Shown: positions 1 to 7,978 of the stretch, one piece after another
How the letters are laid out: every line of letters begins with the position of its first letter
How positions within the stretch are numbered: the first letter of the stretch is position 1
From: Candidatus Eiseniibacteriota bacterium
GTDB taxonomy: Bacteria; Eisenbacteria; RBG-16-71-46; JABDJR01; JAWXBZ01
DNA length: 10,994 nucleotides
Assembly (NCBI GenBank): GCA_034440375.1
Contig: JAWXBZ010000175.1
Span: 1-10,994, forward strand
Direction: 5' to 3'
The notes under the pieces: generated by a model
Seen by the model: the letters and a program-made list of their open reading frames with translations, nothing else
What the model was told of the DNA's origin: nothing
Databases searched by the model: none
Program-made: the position numbers and the translations under genes

Positions 1-1610
1 GAATCCCCTCCCCCTTCGACGACACCGGGCCGCACCCGCTGGCCCGCGAGGCGGCACTGGCCCAGCAGGAGGAGCTGCGCTCCGGCTGGATTGCGCCGGG
101 CGTCTCGACCGACATCCTCGATCGTCCCGAGGGTGGCAAGATGTTCGGGGTCCTGATCGTGACCGACGACTCAAACAAGGTTGGCGTGATGAGGGCCTTC
201 TCGGGTCAGCTCGGTGCCAGCTGGGAACTTCCGGGGTGGGCACCACCCCTGTTCGACGCAGCGGCGCGGGGGATGGTGGAACCGGAATCCATTGCGCGGA
301 TCAAGATGTTGACCGATGCCATGGACGATCTCGCACGAGGTTCCCTGATGCGGGAGGAGCGCCAGGCCACCGAGGCGGAGCGCCTGGCCTGCGCCGCCGC
401 GCGGGCCGAACTGAAACTGCCCTTCGAGGAGCGTCGCCGGGAGCGACAGGCTCGCCGGGCAGCGATTCCAATCGATGACCGACCGGCCCGTCGTCACCTC
501 GACAACGAGAGCCGTCGCGATGACATCGAACTCCGCGGAGAGCTCCTGATGCTCCGGGAGTCGCACGCCGGCCGGCTGCGTGTGCTTGGGCGCCTTGATC
601 GGCGCCTCCAGGCAATGGAACGCCTGCGACGGGCGATCTCCCGACGGGTGATGCAGCATATCCATGACACCTATCGCCTGACGAACCGACTCGGGCAATC
701 CATCACGCTGCGCGAACTGTTCGCGCCGGGCGAACCGCCGTGGGGCTCGGGGGACTGTGCGGCGCCGAAGTTGATCGCTGCCGCGCTGCGGGAAAAACTC
801 ACGCCGATCGCGCTGGCCGAGTTCTGGTGGGGCGCGCCGCCGCCGGGCGGTGGGCGGGTGGAGGGGGCGTTCTATCCCGCCTGCACGCCGAAGTGCGGGC
901 CGATCCTCCCCTTTCTGCTCGACGGGCTCGACGTGGCGCCCCGCCGGACCTGGAAGCCGGCGGTGGCCGCGGCCGACCATCTCGACATCCGATACGATGA
1001 CGGCCGCGTCGTCATTCTCTCGAAGCCGGTCGGGCTCCTTTCCGTGCCCGCCCGCGACGAATCCATTTCCGATTCAGTGTTCGCGCGCCTCCAGCGGCGC
1101 TACCCCGCCGCTGCCGGCCCTCTGCTCGTCCACCGACTCGACCTGGATACGTCCGGCCTGCTCGTGGCGGCGCTCGACGCGATCACGCACCGCGATCTGC
1201 AAGCGCAGTTCGAGGCGCGCACCGTTCGGAAACGCTACGTGGCCTGGCTGGACGGCGAACCCGGCCCCGACCGCGGGACGATCTCCCTGCCGATCCGCGT
1301 TGACCTGGACCAGCGGCCGCGGCAGATCGTCGACTTCGTCCATGGCAAGGAGGCGATCACCGATTGGAAGGTGCTCGAGCGGCGCGGCGGTCGGACGAAG
1401 GTGGCCCTTTTCCCGCGCACCGGCCGGACGCACCAGCTCCGCGTGCACGCGGCGCACCGGGACGGCCTCAACGCGCCGATTGTCGGCGATCGCCTTTACG
1501 GGACGGCCGGCGAGCGGTTGATGCTCCACGCGGAATCGCTGATACTCCGGCGCCCGGACGGCCGCCGGCTCACGGTGACCGATCCGGCGCCGTTCGACGA
1601 CCGTCTCTGA
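1..1610 (+). CDS. rluA: RluA-family RNA pseudouridine synthase, long form with N-terminal extension (5'-partial)
   Basis: The C-terminal domain has KPVGLLSVP, catalytic [10 protein letters not shown] (His codon at 1131), [24 protein letters not shown] and RLMLHA. The frame is open from base 3 ([18 protein letters not shown]...GGKMFGVL), so ATG 141 is probably internal and the true start lies upstream of the window. Confidence 0.93.
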   Translation, partial: IPSPFDDTGPHPLAREAALAQQEELRSGWIAPGVSTDILDRPEGGKMFGVLIVTDDSNKVGVMRAFSGQLGASWELPGWAPPLFDAAARGMVEPESIARIKMLTDAMDDLARGSLMREERQATEAERLACAAARAELKLPFEERRRERQARRAAIPIDDRPARRHLDNESRRDDIELRGELLMLRESHAGRLRVLGRLDRRLQAMERLRRAISRRVMQHIHDTYRLTNRLGQSITLRELFAPGEPPWGSGDCAAPKLIAAALREKLTPIALAEFWWGAPPPGGGRVEGAFYPACTPKCGPILPFLLDGLDVAPRRTWKPAVAAADHLDIRYDDGRVVILSKPVGLLSVPARDESISDSVFARLQRRYPAAAGPLLVHRLDLDTSGLLVAALDAITHRDLQAQFEARTVRKRYVAWLDGEPGPDRGTISLPIRVDLDQRPRQIVDFVHGKEAITDWKVLERRGGRTKVALFPRTGRTHQLRVHAAHRDGLNAPIVGDRLYGTAGERLMLHAESLILRRPDGRRLTVTDPAPFDDRL

Positions 1611-1624
1611 TCGGAGAGCACTCC

Positions 1625-2197
1625 ATGCCCGACTGGCTTCGCGACCCCTGGCCCTGGTACGTGGCCGGCCCGCTGCTTGGCCTCATCGCCCCGCTGCTCC
1701 TGTGGCTGGACAACAAACTGTTCGGCATCTCCAGCAACCTCCGGCACGTGTGCGCGGCGATCCTTCCCGGCCGGATGGATTATTTCCGCTACGACTGGCG
1801 GCGCGAGGGAGGCTGGAACCTGGCCTTCGCGCTCGGCATCGTTGCCGGCGGATACCTGGCAGGCAATCTGCTGGCGAACCCGGAACCCGTGGGCATCAGC
1901 ACGCTGACCAGGGCCACGCTGACACGGCTCGGTGTGACCGATTTCAGCGGTCTCGTGCCGGCCGATCACTTCGCCTGGGTCAACCTGTTGTCGTTACAGG
2001 GTCTCGTCCTGATCGTCGGCGGTGGCCTCCTGGTCGGCTTCGGCACAGCCTGGGCCGGCGGTTGCACGTCGGGCCACGGGATCACCGGCGTGGCCGATCT
2101 ACAGCCGGCCTCGTTCCTGGCGCTGATCGGATTTTTCGCGGGAGGGATCGCGGCCACGTTCCTCGTCCTGCCGTGGCTGATGGGGAGCGGGACGTGA
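1625..2197 (+). CDS. YeeE/YedE-family sulfur (thiosulfate-type) transporter subunit, 190 aa
   Basis: [19 protein letters not shown] and [18 protein letters not shown] motifs plus several hydrophobic helices. GGAGAG RBS at 1613-1618 precedes ATG 1625. The ORF-track start at 1364 overlaps rluA and is not credible. Confidence 0.9.
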   Translation: MPDWLRDPWPWYVAGPLLGLIAPLLLWLDNKLFGISSNLRHVCAAILPGRMDYFRYDWRREGGWNLAFALGIVAGGYLAGNLLANPEPVGISTLTRATLTRLGVTDFSGLVPADHFAWVNLLSLQGLVLIVGGGLLVGFGTAWAGGCTSGHGITGVADLQPASFLALIGFFAGGIAATFLVLPWLMGSGT

Positions 2198-2691
2198 GGG
2201 GCATGCGATCTCTTTCCGCATCAGGCCCGGCGAGCCGCACGACGACCCAGACTAACGCGGACCGCCCCCGCGGCCCCGGCCTCGCCATCTATTTCCTGGT
2301 AGGCCTTGCCTTCGGCGTCATCCTCGTCAAGGGCGAAGTGATTTCCTGGTTTCGCATTCAGGAAATGTTCCGCTTCCAGGGCTTTCACATGTTCGGCATC
2401 TTCATGACCGCGCTGCCGGTGGCCATCCTGAGCGTTCAGTTCCTGAAGCGCACCGGCGCCCGCACCACCACGGGAGCGCGGATCACACTGCCGCCGAAGA
2501 AACTTGGCTCGGGCGTCCGCTACCTGGCCGGCGGCTCGGTCTTCGGCCTCGGCTGGGCCCTGACCGGTGCCTGCCCCGGGCCTCTCTTCGCGCTCCTCGG
2601 GAGCGGCGTCGGAGTCATCGCGGTGGCGATCGTGTCGGCGCTGGCGGGGACGTGGCTCTACGGGTGGATGAGGCCGCGGCTGCCGCACTGA
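2194..2691 (+). CDS. Second YeeE/YedE-family membrane protein (partner subunit)
   Basis: SWFRIQEMFRFQGFHMFG and FGLGWALTGACPGP motifs. Start is either GTG 2194 (GTGA overlap with the upstream stop, GGGAG at 2183-2187) or ATG 2203. Confidence 0.88.
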   Translation: MRGMRSLSASGPASRTTTQTNADRPRGPGLAIYFLVGLAFGVILVKGEVISWFRIQEMFRFQGFHMFGIFMTALPVAILSVQFLKRTGARTTTGARITLPPKKLGSGVRYLAGGSVFGLGWALTGACPGPLFALLGSGVGVIAVAIVSALAGTWLYGWMRPRLPH

Positions 2692-3839
2692 GTTGCCACC
2701 AGCTCCGCCAGGGCCCAGAACATCCACGCCTGCCCCCATCGGATCTGTTTCACGTCGTTCCGCCACCATGCCCCGCGCTGAAAGGTGAAGTGCCGGCCGT
2801 TCCACATGTGGCGCATCGTCCACTCGGCCGTGCGGTGAGCCTTGGCGCGGGCACCGGGGTCGAGGCGCTCGAGGGCGAGCCAGGTGAGGATGGCCTGGGC
2901 GCAGCAGTGGATGTCGATCGGCCAGTGACTGTTGTCGTAATAGGATGGCGCGCCGTCGGACTTGAAGAAGGTCGCATCCCAGTAGCGGTAGGCCCGCTCG
3001 AGGGCGGCGTCCATCGACGTGTCGCCGGTCGTCCGGCGGTAGTCTTCGAGGGCCACCAGGTTGTAGCCGGTGTGGAAATTATCAACCCAGGCCTGGTTGG
3101 CTGATTCGCCGTAGGGCCACGAGCCGTTCGGCAGGAGGCGATTGACCGAGAAGCCCATCGACTCGGCCGCGAAGGCCCCCAGCCGGGTGTCGTTCGTCCG
3201 CATCGCGGAGCGTGCCAGGAGCGCGGCGCCGAGCATGTTCACGTTGTGCACGCGCGTGTTCGTCGTCGGGGTGTAAGTGATGTAGCCGGTTCCACCCTCG
3301 GTGCGCGACAGCGCCCCCATCACAAAGCGTGACACCTCGTCCGGCACGGCCGCGGCCGGCCCCCCATCCGTGCGCCGCTCGAAGGCCATCGCGCCGAAGA
3401 CCGAGCAGATGAGATTGGGACAATCACGCGGCTGGAAGAAGGCGCGGCTCTGCCAGTCGTAGGGGTAGCCCCAGCAGATCTCGTCCCAGCCGGGCGAACG
3501 GAGCGCGGTCAGCCGTTCGAGGAGATCGGCCCCGCGGCGGTGCCAGGCCTCACGCGCCGGGCCTTCCGCCGTGGCGGCCAGCCGCCACGCCCCCAGAGCA
3601 AAGAGCGACACCCCCTTCGCCAGCACTTCCGGCTTCTGGAAGGTGAGCGGCCGCAGGTTGATCGGCGTCCGCTTGACCAGCTGGATCCAGGCCTGGCGAG
3701 CCAGCGGAATTCGGAAGAAGGGCGTGGCGCGGAAGAGCCGACCGTTCAGGCCGTCATACGGATCCCACCCGGCGAAGCCCGATCGCTCGGCGTCGGCCCA
3801 GACGGTGTCGAGGACGCGGCGGAAATCCGTGTCAGCCAT
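2658..3839 (-). CDS. Conserved hypothetical protein of polysaccharide loci, predicted (alpha/alpha) helical-barrel fold (six-hairpin glycosidase / C5-epimerase-like), 393 aa
   Basis: Aromatic/His/Asp-rich motifs GWDPYDGLN, CWGYPYDWQSRAF, RVHNVN, GSWPYG, WVDNFHTGYNL, PIDIHCCAQ and IRWGQAWM, separated by amphipathic helices. It starts 3 bp after the oxidoreductase stop. The CDS is secure; fold and function are inferred. Confidence 0.75.
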   Translation of the reverse strand: MADTDFRRVLDTVWADAERSGFAGWDPYDGLNGRLFRATPFFRIPLARQAWIQLVKRTPINLRPLTFQKPEVLAKGVSLFALGAWRLAATAEGPAREAWHRRGADLLERLTALRSPGWDEICWGYPYDWQSRAFFQPRDCPNLICSVFGAMAFERRTDGGPAAAVPDEVSRFVMGALSRTEGGTGYITYTPTTNTRVHNVNMLGAALLARSAMRTNDTRLGAFAAESMGFSVNRLLPNGSWPYGESANQAWVDNFHTGYNLVALEDYRRTTGDTSMDAALERAYRYWDATFFKSDGAPSYYDNSHWPIDIHCCAQAILTWLALERLDPGARAKAHRTAEWTMRHMWNGRHFTFQRGAWWRNDVKQIRWGQAWMFWALAELVATQCGSRGLIHP

Positions 3840-3842
3840 TCA

Positions 3843-5999
3843 CTACCAGCGAACCTCGATTTCGCGCCCCTCGCGCATCGATTCGAGCGCGCCGAACATG
3901 GTCGAAGCCCCCGCCAGCAGTTGATCCCTCGGAATCGGCATCGGGGTTCTCTTCGCCACCATGTCGAGGAACGCGCCCACCTGCGGAGCCTGCCCCTTGT
4001 CCTGGCTCGAACTGCCGATCGACTTCCGGTTTCCGCCGCTCATGACGAATCCAGTCTTGAAGTCATCGATGACGGCGACTCGCCCCGCCCCGAACGATTC
4101 GACACGTTCCTTGGGAAAGGCCGGATCGCCGGTGGCGGTATAAAGGATCGAGCCGATGGATCCGTTCTGAAACCCCATGTCCAGGATCCAGGAGTCGCTC
4201 GCATCCTGCGCCCCACCGCCCAGCCCACGCGCATGCACGCGCTCGGGCAGTGAACCGGCCAGGTAGATGAGGAAGTCGATGAAGTGACATCCCTCGCCGA
4301 TCAACCGCCCGCCTCCCTGCTCCGGATCACGCGTCCAGTGGTTGGCCGGCAGGGGTCCGGCGTTGACGCGATAGATCATCGTCTGGGTGGCCGCGCTTTG
4401 CATGAACTCGCGGGCGGCGATGGCGGTTGGCGCGAAGCGGCGATTGAAGCCGACCTGAACCCTCGCACTTGCGTCAGCAAGTGCGAGCGCCACCTGTTCC
4501 AGTTCGCCCCGATTCATGACGAGGGGTTTCTCGACAAAGACCGCCTTGCCCTTCGCCAACGCTGCCAGCACATACTTCGCATGCAGATGATGCCGCGTCG
4601 CGATGATCACCGCGTTGATTCGATCATTGTTGATGATCTCGTCCGGATCAGTGGCGGCGATGGCGAAGCCGCTCCGCTCGGCCACCTTGCGCGCGGTAAC
4701 GCCGCTGGAAGTAGCAACGGCGGCCAGCTCAACATCGGTCCGCCCCTTCAGGTGCGGCAGCAGCATCGCCTGGGCGTAGTTGCCGGCGCCGATGACGCCA
4801 AGGACAACCTTTCCGGAAGTGGAACCAGTGCCGACCGTCCCGACGGCAATCGACCGCTGCATCCGCGAGGCCGCATCCGGGTATTCGATCAGCACCGCGA
4901 GGAAGCGCTCGCCCGTCTTTCCGGTGATGACGTCATAAGCCTTCAGCGCATCGTCGATCTTGAACGCATGGGTCGTCAGCAGATCCAGGTTGAGCCGCTT
5001 CGCGGCCAGTAGATCAAGAAACGCCTCGAAATTTCGTCCCTCGGTCCATCGGACGTAGCCGATCGGATAATCGACGCCGGCCTCTTCATACAACGCGTCG
5101 TAACGCCCCGGCCCGTAGGATCGGCTGAGCCGGAACTGGAGATCCTTGGCAAAATAGAGATCGCGCGGAAGGTCCATGCCGGTGACGCCGACCATGACGA
5201 CCGTGGCCCGATCGCGGGCGATTCTCGCGGCCAGTTCGACCGGATCGTTGGTCGACGCGGCGGCGGTGATGAGAATTGCATCGACGCCGAATCCGTCGGT
5301 CATGGCAGCGGATATGGCCTCGACATCATCGATCGTGCGGTTCGCCACGCGATCGGCACCACTCTGGAGCGCCAGCTCACACGCCGCTGGATTCACATCG
5401 ATTCCAAGCACCTTGCAGCCGGCCGCCTTCAACAGCTGCACCGTCAACTGTCCAACCAGCCCGAGCCCGATGACCGCCACCCGCTCGCCGAGCTTCACGT
5501 CCGCCTGGCGAACTCCCTGCAGCGCAATGACGCCGACCGTCGTGAAGCAGGCATGCTTCAATTCCACGCCGTCCGGCACGCGGGCGCACAGGTTGGCCGG
5601 CACGACGACATAGTCGGCGTGACTGGCCTTGTCCTGACCACCGCAGGCAACCTGATCGCCCACCTGAAAGCCCTCAACTCCCTCGCCGACTTCAATCATC
5701 ACACCGGCCGTCGAATAGCCGAGCGTCTTCCAGTTGTCGAGACGCGTCTGCACCTTCTGCCAGGCCGCGACGATACCTTCCTTGCGGGCGGAGTCGATGA
5801 CCTTCTTCACGAGATCGGGGCGGGCCCTGGCCTTGCCGATCAGGCTCTTCTGCCCGGTCGAAACCGTGGAGCGTTCTGTGCCGGCGGAGACCAGGCTCCA
5901 GGCATTGCGTACGAGAACATGCCCGGCCCTGGCGCGCGGCGTCGGCACATCGACAATCTTGATCTCGCCCGTCTTGAAATCCTGAATGAGCTGTTTCAT
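3843..5999 (-). CDS. Bi-domain oxidoreductase: N-terminal MDR (zinc-binding ADH superfamily) + C-terminal Gfo/Idh/MocA domain, 718 aa
   Basis: Start MKQLIQD at ATG 5999 (ATGA overlap with the asnB stop). MDR part has SLVSAGTE, LGYSTAG, GDQVAC, Rossmann GLGLVG and SRSYGPGRYD. Gfo/Idh/MocA part has GAGNYA, TRHHLH, VFVEKP, VGFNRRF and GGGRLIGEGCHFID. Confidence 0.92.
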   Translation of the reverse strand: MKQLIQDFKTGEIKIVDVPTPRARAGHVLVRNAWSLVSAGTERSTVSTGQKSLIGKARARPDLVKKVIDSARKEGIVAAWQKVQTRLDNWKTLGYSTAGVMIEVGEGVEGFQVGDQVACGGQDKASHADYVVVPANLCARVPDGVELKHACFTTVGVIALQGVRQADVKLGERVAVIGLGLVGQLTVQLLKAAGCKVLGIDVNPAACELALQSGADRVANRTIDDVEAISAAMTDGFGVDAILITAAASTNDPVELAARIARDRATVVMVGVTGMDLPRDLYFAKDLQFRLSRSYGPGRYDALYEEAGVDYPIGYVRWTEGRNFEAFLDLLAAKRLNLDLLTTHAFKIDDALKAYDVITGKTGERFLAVLIEYPDAASRMQRSIAVGTVGTGSTSGKVVLGVIGAGNYAQAMLLPHLKGRTDVELAAVATSSGVTARKVAERSGFAIAATDPDEIINNDRINAVIIATRHHLHAKYVLAALAKGKAVFVEKPLVMNRGELEQVALALADASARVQVGFNRRFAPTAIAAREFMQSAATQTMIYRVNAGPLPANHWTRDPEQGGGRLIGEGCHFIDFLIYLAGSLPERVHARGLGGGAQDASDSWILDMGFQNGSIGSILYTATGDPAFPKERVESFGAGRVAVIDDFKTGFVMSGGNRKSIGSSSQDKGQAPQVGAFLDMVAKRTPMPIPRDQLLAGASTMFGALESMREGREIEVRW
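4462..4487. repeat. Perfect 11-bp inverted repeat with 4-nt loop inside the oxidoreductase CDS
   Basis: CTCGCACTTGC-gtca-GCAAGTGCGAG read directly from the sequence. Confidence 0.9.
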
Positions 6000-7936
6000 G
6001 CACCCCCAAGCGGCGAGCCGGAATCGGGACGATCGATGAACGTCCGCATCCAGAGTTCCAGCGTCATGAATGTCCAGATTCGATAGGCATGGTCGCGCCG
6101 GCCGGAACGGTCCTCGTCGATGAGGCGCCGCACTTCCGCCGGATTCAGCAGGCCGCGTTTTTTCAGTGTTGATTCGGACAGGAGATCGTCGACCATCTCC
6201 CGGAGATCGTTCTTGACCCATGAGCGGGTCGGGCCGCCGAAGCCGGTTTTCGGCCGTTTCACGACCGCTTCCGGGACCCAGGGCGCCACTGCCTGCTTGA
6301 AGACCCATTTCGAGCGGCTGCCCCGCACCTTCAAGTCCGGCGGCATCGTAGCGGCCAGCTCGACAATCCGGTAGTCGAGAACCGGCACGCGGACTTCCGT
6401 CCCTGCCGCCATCGATGCCTTGTCCGAATAGGTCAGATTGAGGCATGGCAGGAACGTCTTGAGATCAACGTAGAGCAGCCGATTCAGGGGATCGCGCGCG
6501 CCCGCCTCGGCCAGGTGATGCTCGTGTTCGATCAAGACGTCCTCGGTCGGCAGATGAGGTGCCACGACGGCGCGCAGTTCCGCCGACGTGTAGTAGCCGC
6601 AATAGCCGAAGTAGCGATGGGCGTACGGCAACTCGGCCGACGCGGTAAATTTCTGGAGATTGCGCCGAAGCGCGAGTCCCGGCCCCGGCGCGGAACCCGG
6701 CAGCGCATCCGACAGCGTTCGCACACCCCGTCGCAGCAACCCGGGCCAGCGCAAGTACTCCTCGGCAAGCTGAACGGCATGATGCCGCCGATAGCCGCCG
6801 AACACTTCTTCCGCGCCGACACCGGAGAGCATCACCGTGGCCTTCTCGCGCGAGGCGCGGCAGATCAGGTACGTGGAAATGGCCGCCGCATCCGCCACCG
6901 GCTCGTCCATGTGCCAGACGATCTTCGGCAACAGTTCCGCCACGTTCGGCTCGACGATGATTTCGTGGTAGTCGAGGTCCGGCGTCTGGCCGGCCACCAT
7001 GCGGGCGTAGGTGAGATCATCCGGCGCAAACTCGTAGCGCTGGTCCTGCCCGCGGAAACCGACGGCATAGGCGATGAGTTTTCCCTGCGTGTGACGACGC
7101 ATCGCCGCGAGAATCGCGCTGGAATCAACGCCTCCCGAAAGGAACGCGCCGACCGGCACATCCGACACCAGCCGCAGCCGGACGCTGTCGTCCATCAAGG
7201 CACGCAATTCCTCGATCCAGGCCGATTCCGACTTCGCATGATCCTCGGCCGCCGGCACATCCCACCAGCGGAGGATTTCGGTTCGGCCGTTCTGCCGCAC
7301 CAGGCGATGACCGGGTTCGAGTTTGTATATCCCCTCGAAAAGCGTCTCCGGGCCGGGCACCCAGAGGAAGTTGAGGAAGTGGGCCAGCCGGCGTTCATTC
7401 AGCCGGCGCGGCACGCCGGGAATTGCCAGCAACGACTTGACCTCGGAAGCGAAGGCCAGCCCCCACGCCCCTTCCGTCCAGTAAAGCGGCTTCACGCCCA
7501 CGCGATCGCGGACGAGATGAAGCGCCTTCGCCGCCTCGTCCCACATGCCGAAGGCAAACATCCCGTTGAAGCGATGGAGCGACGAGGGCCCCCATTCCAG
7601 CCAGGCCTCGAGCATCACCTCGGTGTCCGAATCGCTGTTGAAGCGATACCCCTTCCCTTCCAGTTCGCGGCGAACGTCATGAAAATTGAAGACCTCGCCG
7701 TTGTAGGTCATCGTCCGCTGGTTGTCGTGGCTGGTCATCGGCTGATGGCCGCGCGGGGAGAGATCGAGGATGGAGAGCCGTCGATGGCCGAGGGCCAGTT
7801 CGCCTCCATTGCCGTCGACCGGGGCATACCAGGAGCCCCGATCATCGGGGCCACGATGGCTCATCAAGTCGAGGGCCGTCTCGAACAAAGGCCGATCGAT
7901 CGGGCCGGGGCGAATCCAGCCCAGAATGCCGCACAT
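5996..7936 (-). CDS. asnB: Asparagine synthase (glutamine-hydrolysing) family amidotransferase, probably glycan-modifying, 646 aa
   Basis: N-terminal MCGI (Ntn Cys), HRGPD, GHRRLSILDLS, QPM, YNGEVFN, DTEV, RDRVGVKPLY, PP-loop LSGGVDSS, LSGVGAEEVFGGY, DKASMA, EVRVP and RPKTGF. The polysaccharide-locus context suggests a non-aspartate substrate. Confidence 0.95.
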   Translation of the reverse strand: MCGILGWIRPGPIDRPLFETALDLMSHRGPDDRGSWYAPVDGNGGELALGHRRLSILDLSPRGHQPMTSHDNQRTMTYNGEVFNFHDVRRELEGKGYRFNSDSDTEVMLEAWLEWGPSSLHRFNGMFAFGMWDEAAKALHLVRDRVGVKPLYWTEGAWGLAFASEVKSLLAIPGVPRRLNERRLAHFLNFLWVPGPETLFEGIYKLEPGHRLVRQNGRTEILRWWDVPAAEDHAKSESAWIEELRALMDDSVRLRLVSDVPVGAFLSGGVDSSAILAAMRRHTQGKLIAYAVGFRGQDQRYEFAPDDLTYARMVAGQTPDLDYHEIIVEPNVAELLPKIVWHMDEPVADAAAISTYLICRASREKATVMLSGVGAEEVFGGYRRHHAVQLAEEYLRWPGLLRRGVRTLSDALPGSAPGPGLALRRNLQKFTASAELPYAHRYFGYCGYYTSAELRAVVAPHLPTEDVLIEHEHHLAEAGARDPLNRLLYVDLKTFLPCLNLTYSDKASMAAGTEVRVPVLDYRIVELAATMPPDLKVRGSRSKWVFKQAVAPWVPEAVVKRPKTGFGGPTRSWVKNDLREMVDDLLSESTLKKRGLLNPAEVRRLIDEDRSGRRDHAYRIWTFMTLELWMRTFIDRPDSGSPLGGA

Positions 7937-7978
7937 GGGGGTTTATCGATCTCCGTGAGCGCCGTTTAAGAAGACGCT

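Noticed and set aside
141-143. ATG 141 as the rluA start
   Set aside because: The frame is open to the window edge and the upstream residues (PSPF...PHPLA...GKMFGVL) look like part of the protein; the gene is 5'-truncated by the window.
1364-1624. N-terminal extension of the first YeeE/YedE ORF (and 1702-2193 for the second)
   Set aside because: These overlap real genes in other frames, give low-complexity Arg/Pro/Gly-rich translations, and better starts with RBS exist at 1625 and 2194/2203.
6000-6446. 149-aa N-terminal extension of the oxidoreductase in the ORF track
   Set aside because: It lies inside asnB in another frame; MKQLIQD at 5999 with an ATGA overlap is the natural start.
7835-7903. 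Short palindromes GCCCCGAT-c-ATCGGGGC (7835-7851) and CCGATCGATCGG (7892-7903)
   Set aside because: They are GC-rich, lie within asnB coding sequence (the first encodes the conserved RGPDDRG), and are plausible by chance.
5996-7936. Lasso-peptide cyclase interpretation of the AsnB-like gene
   Set aside because: The glutaminase domain with Cys2 is intact, no B1/B2 or precursor genes are present, and the neighbours are glycan genes.
6515-7969. 484-aa plus-strand ORF antisense to asnB (and similar ORFs at 171-980, 3540-4253, 4284-5012, 9267-10037)
   Set aside because: Shadow ORFs expected from high-GC codon bias; no recognisable motifs and fully overlapping well-supported genes.
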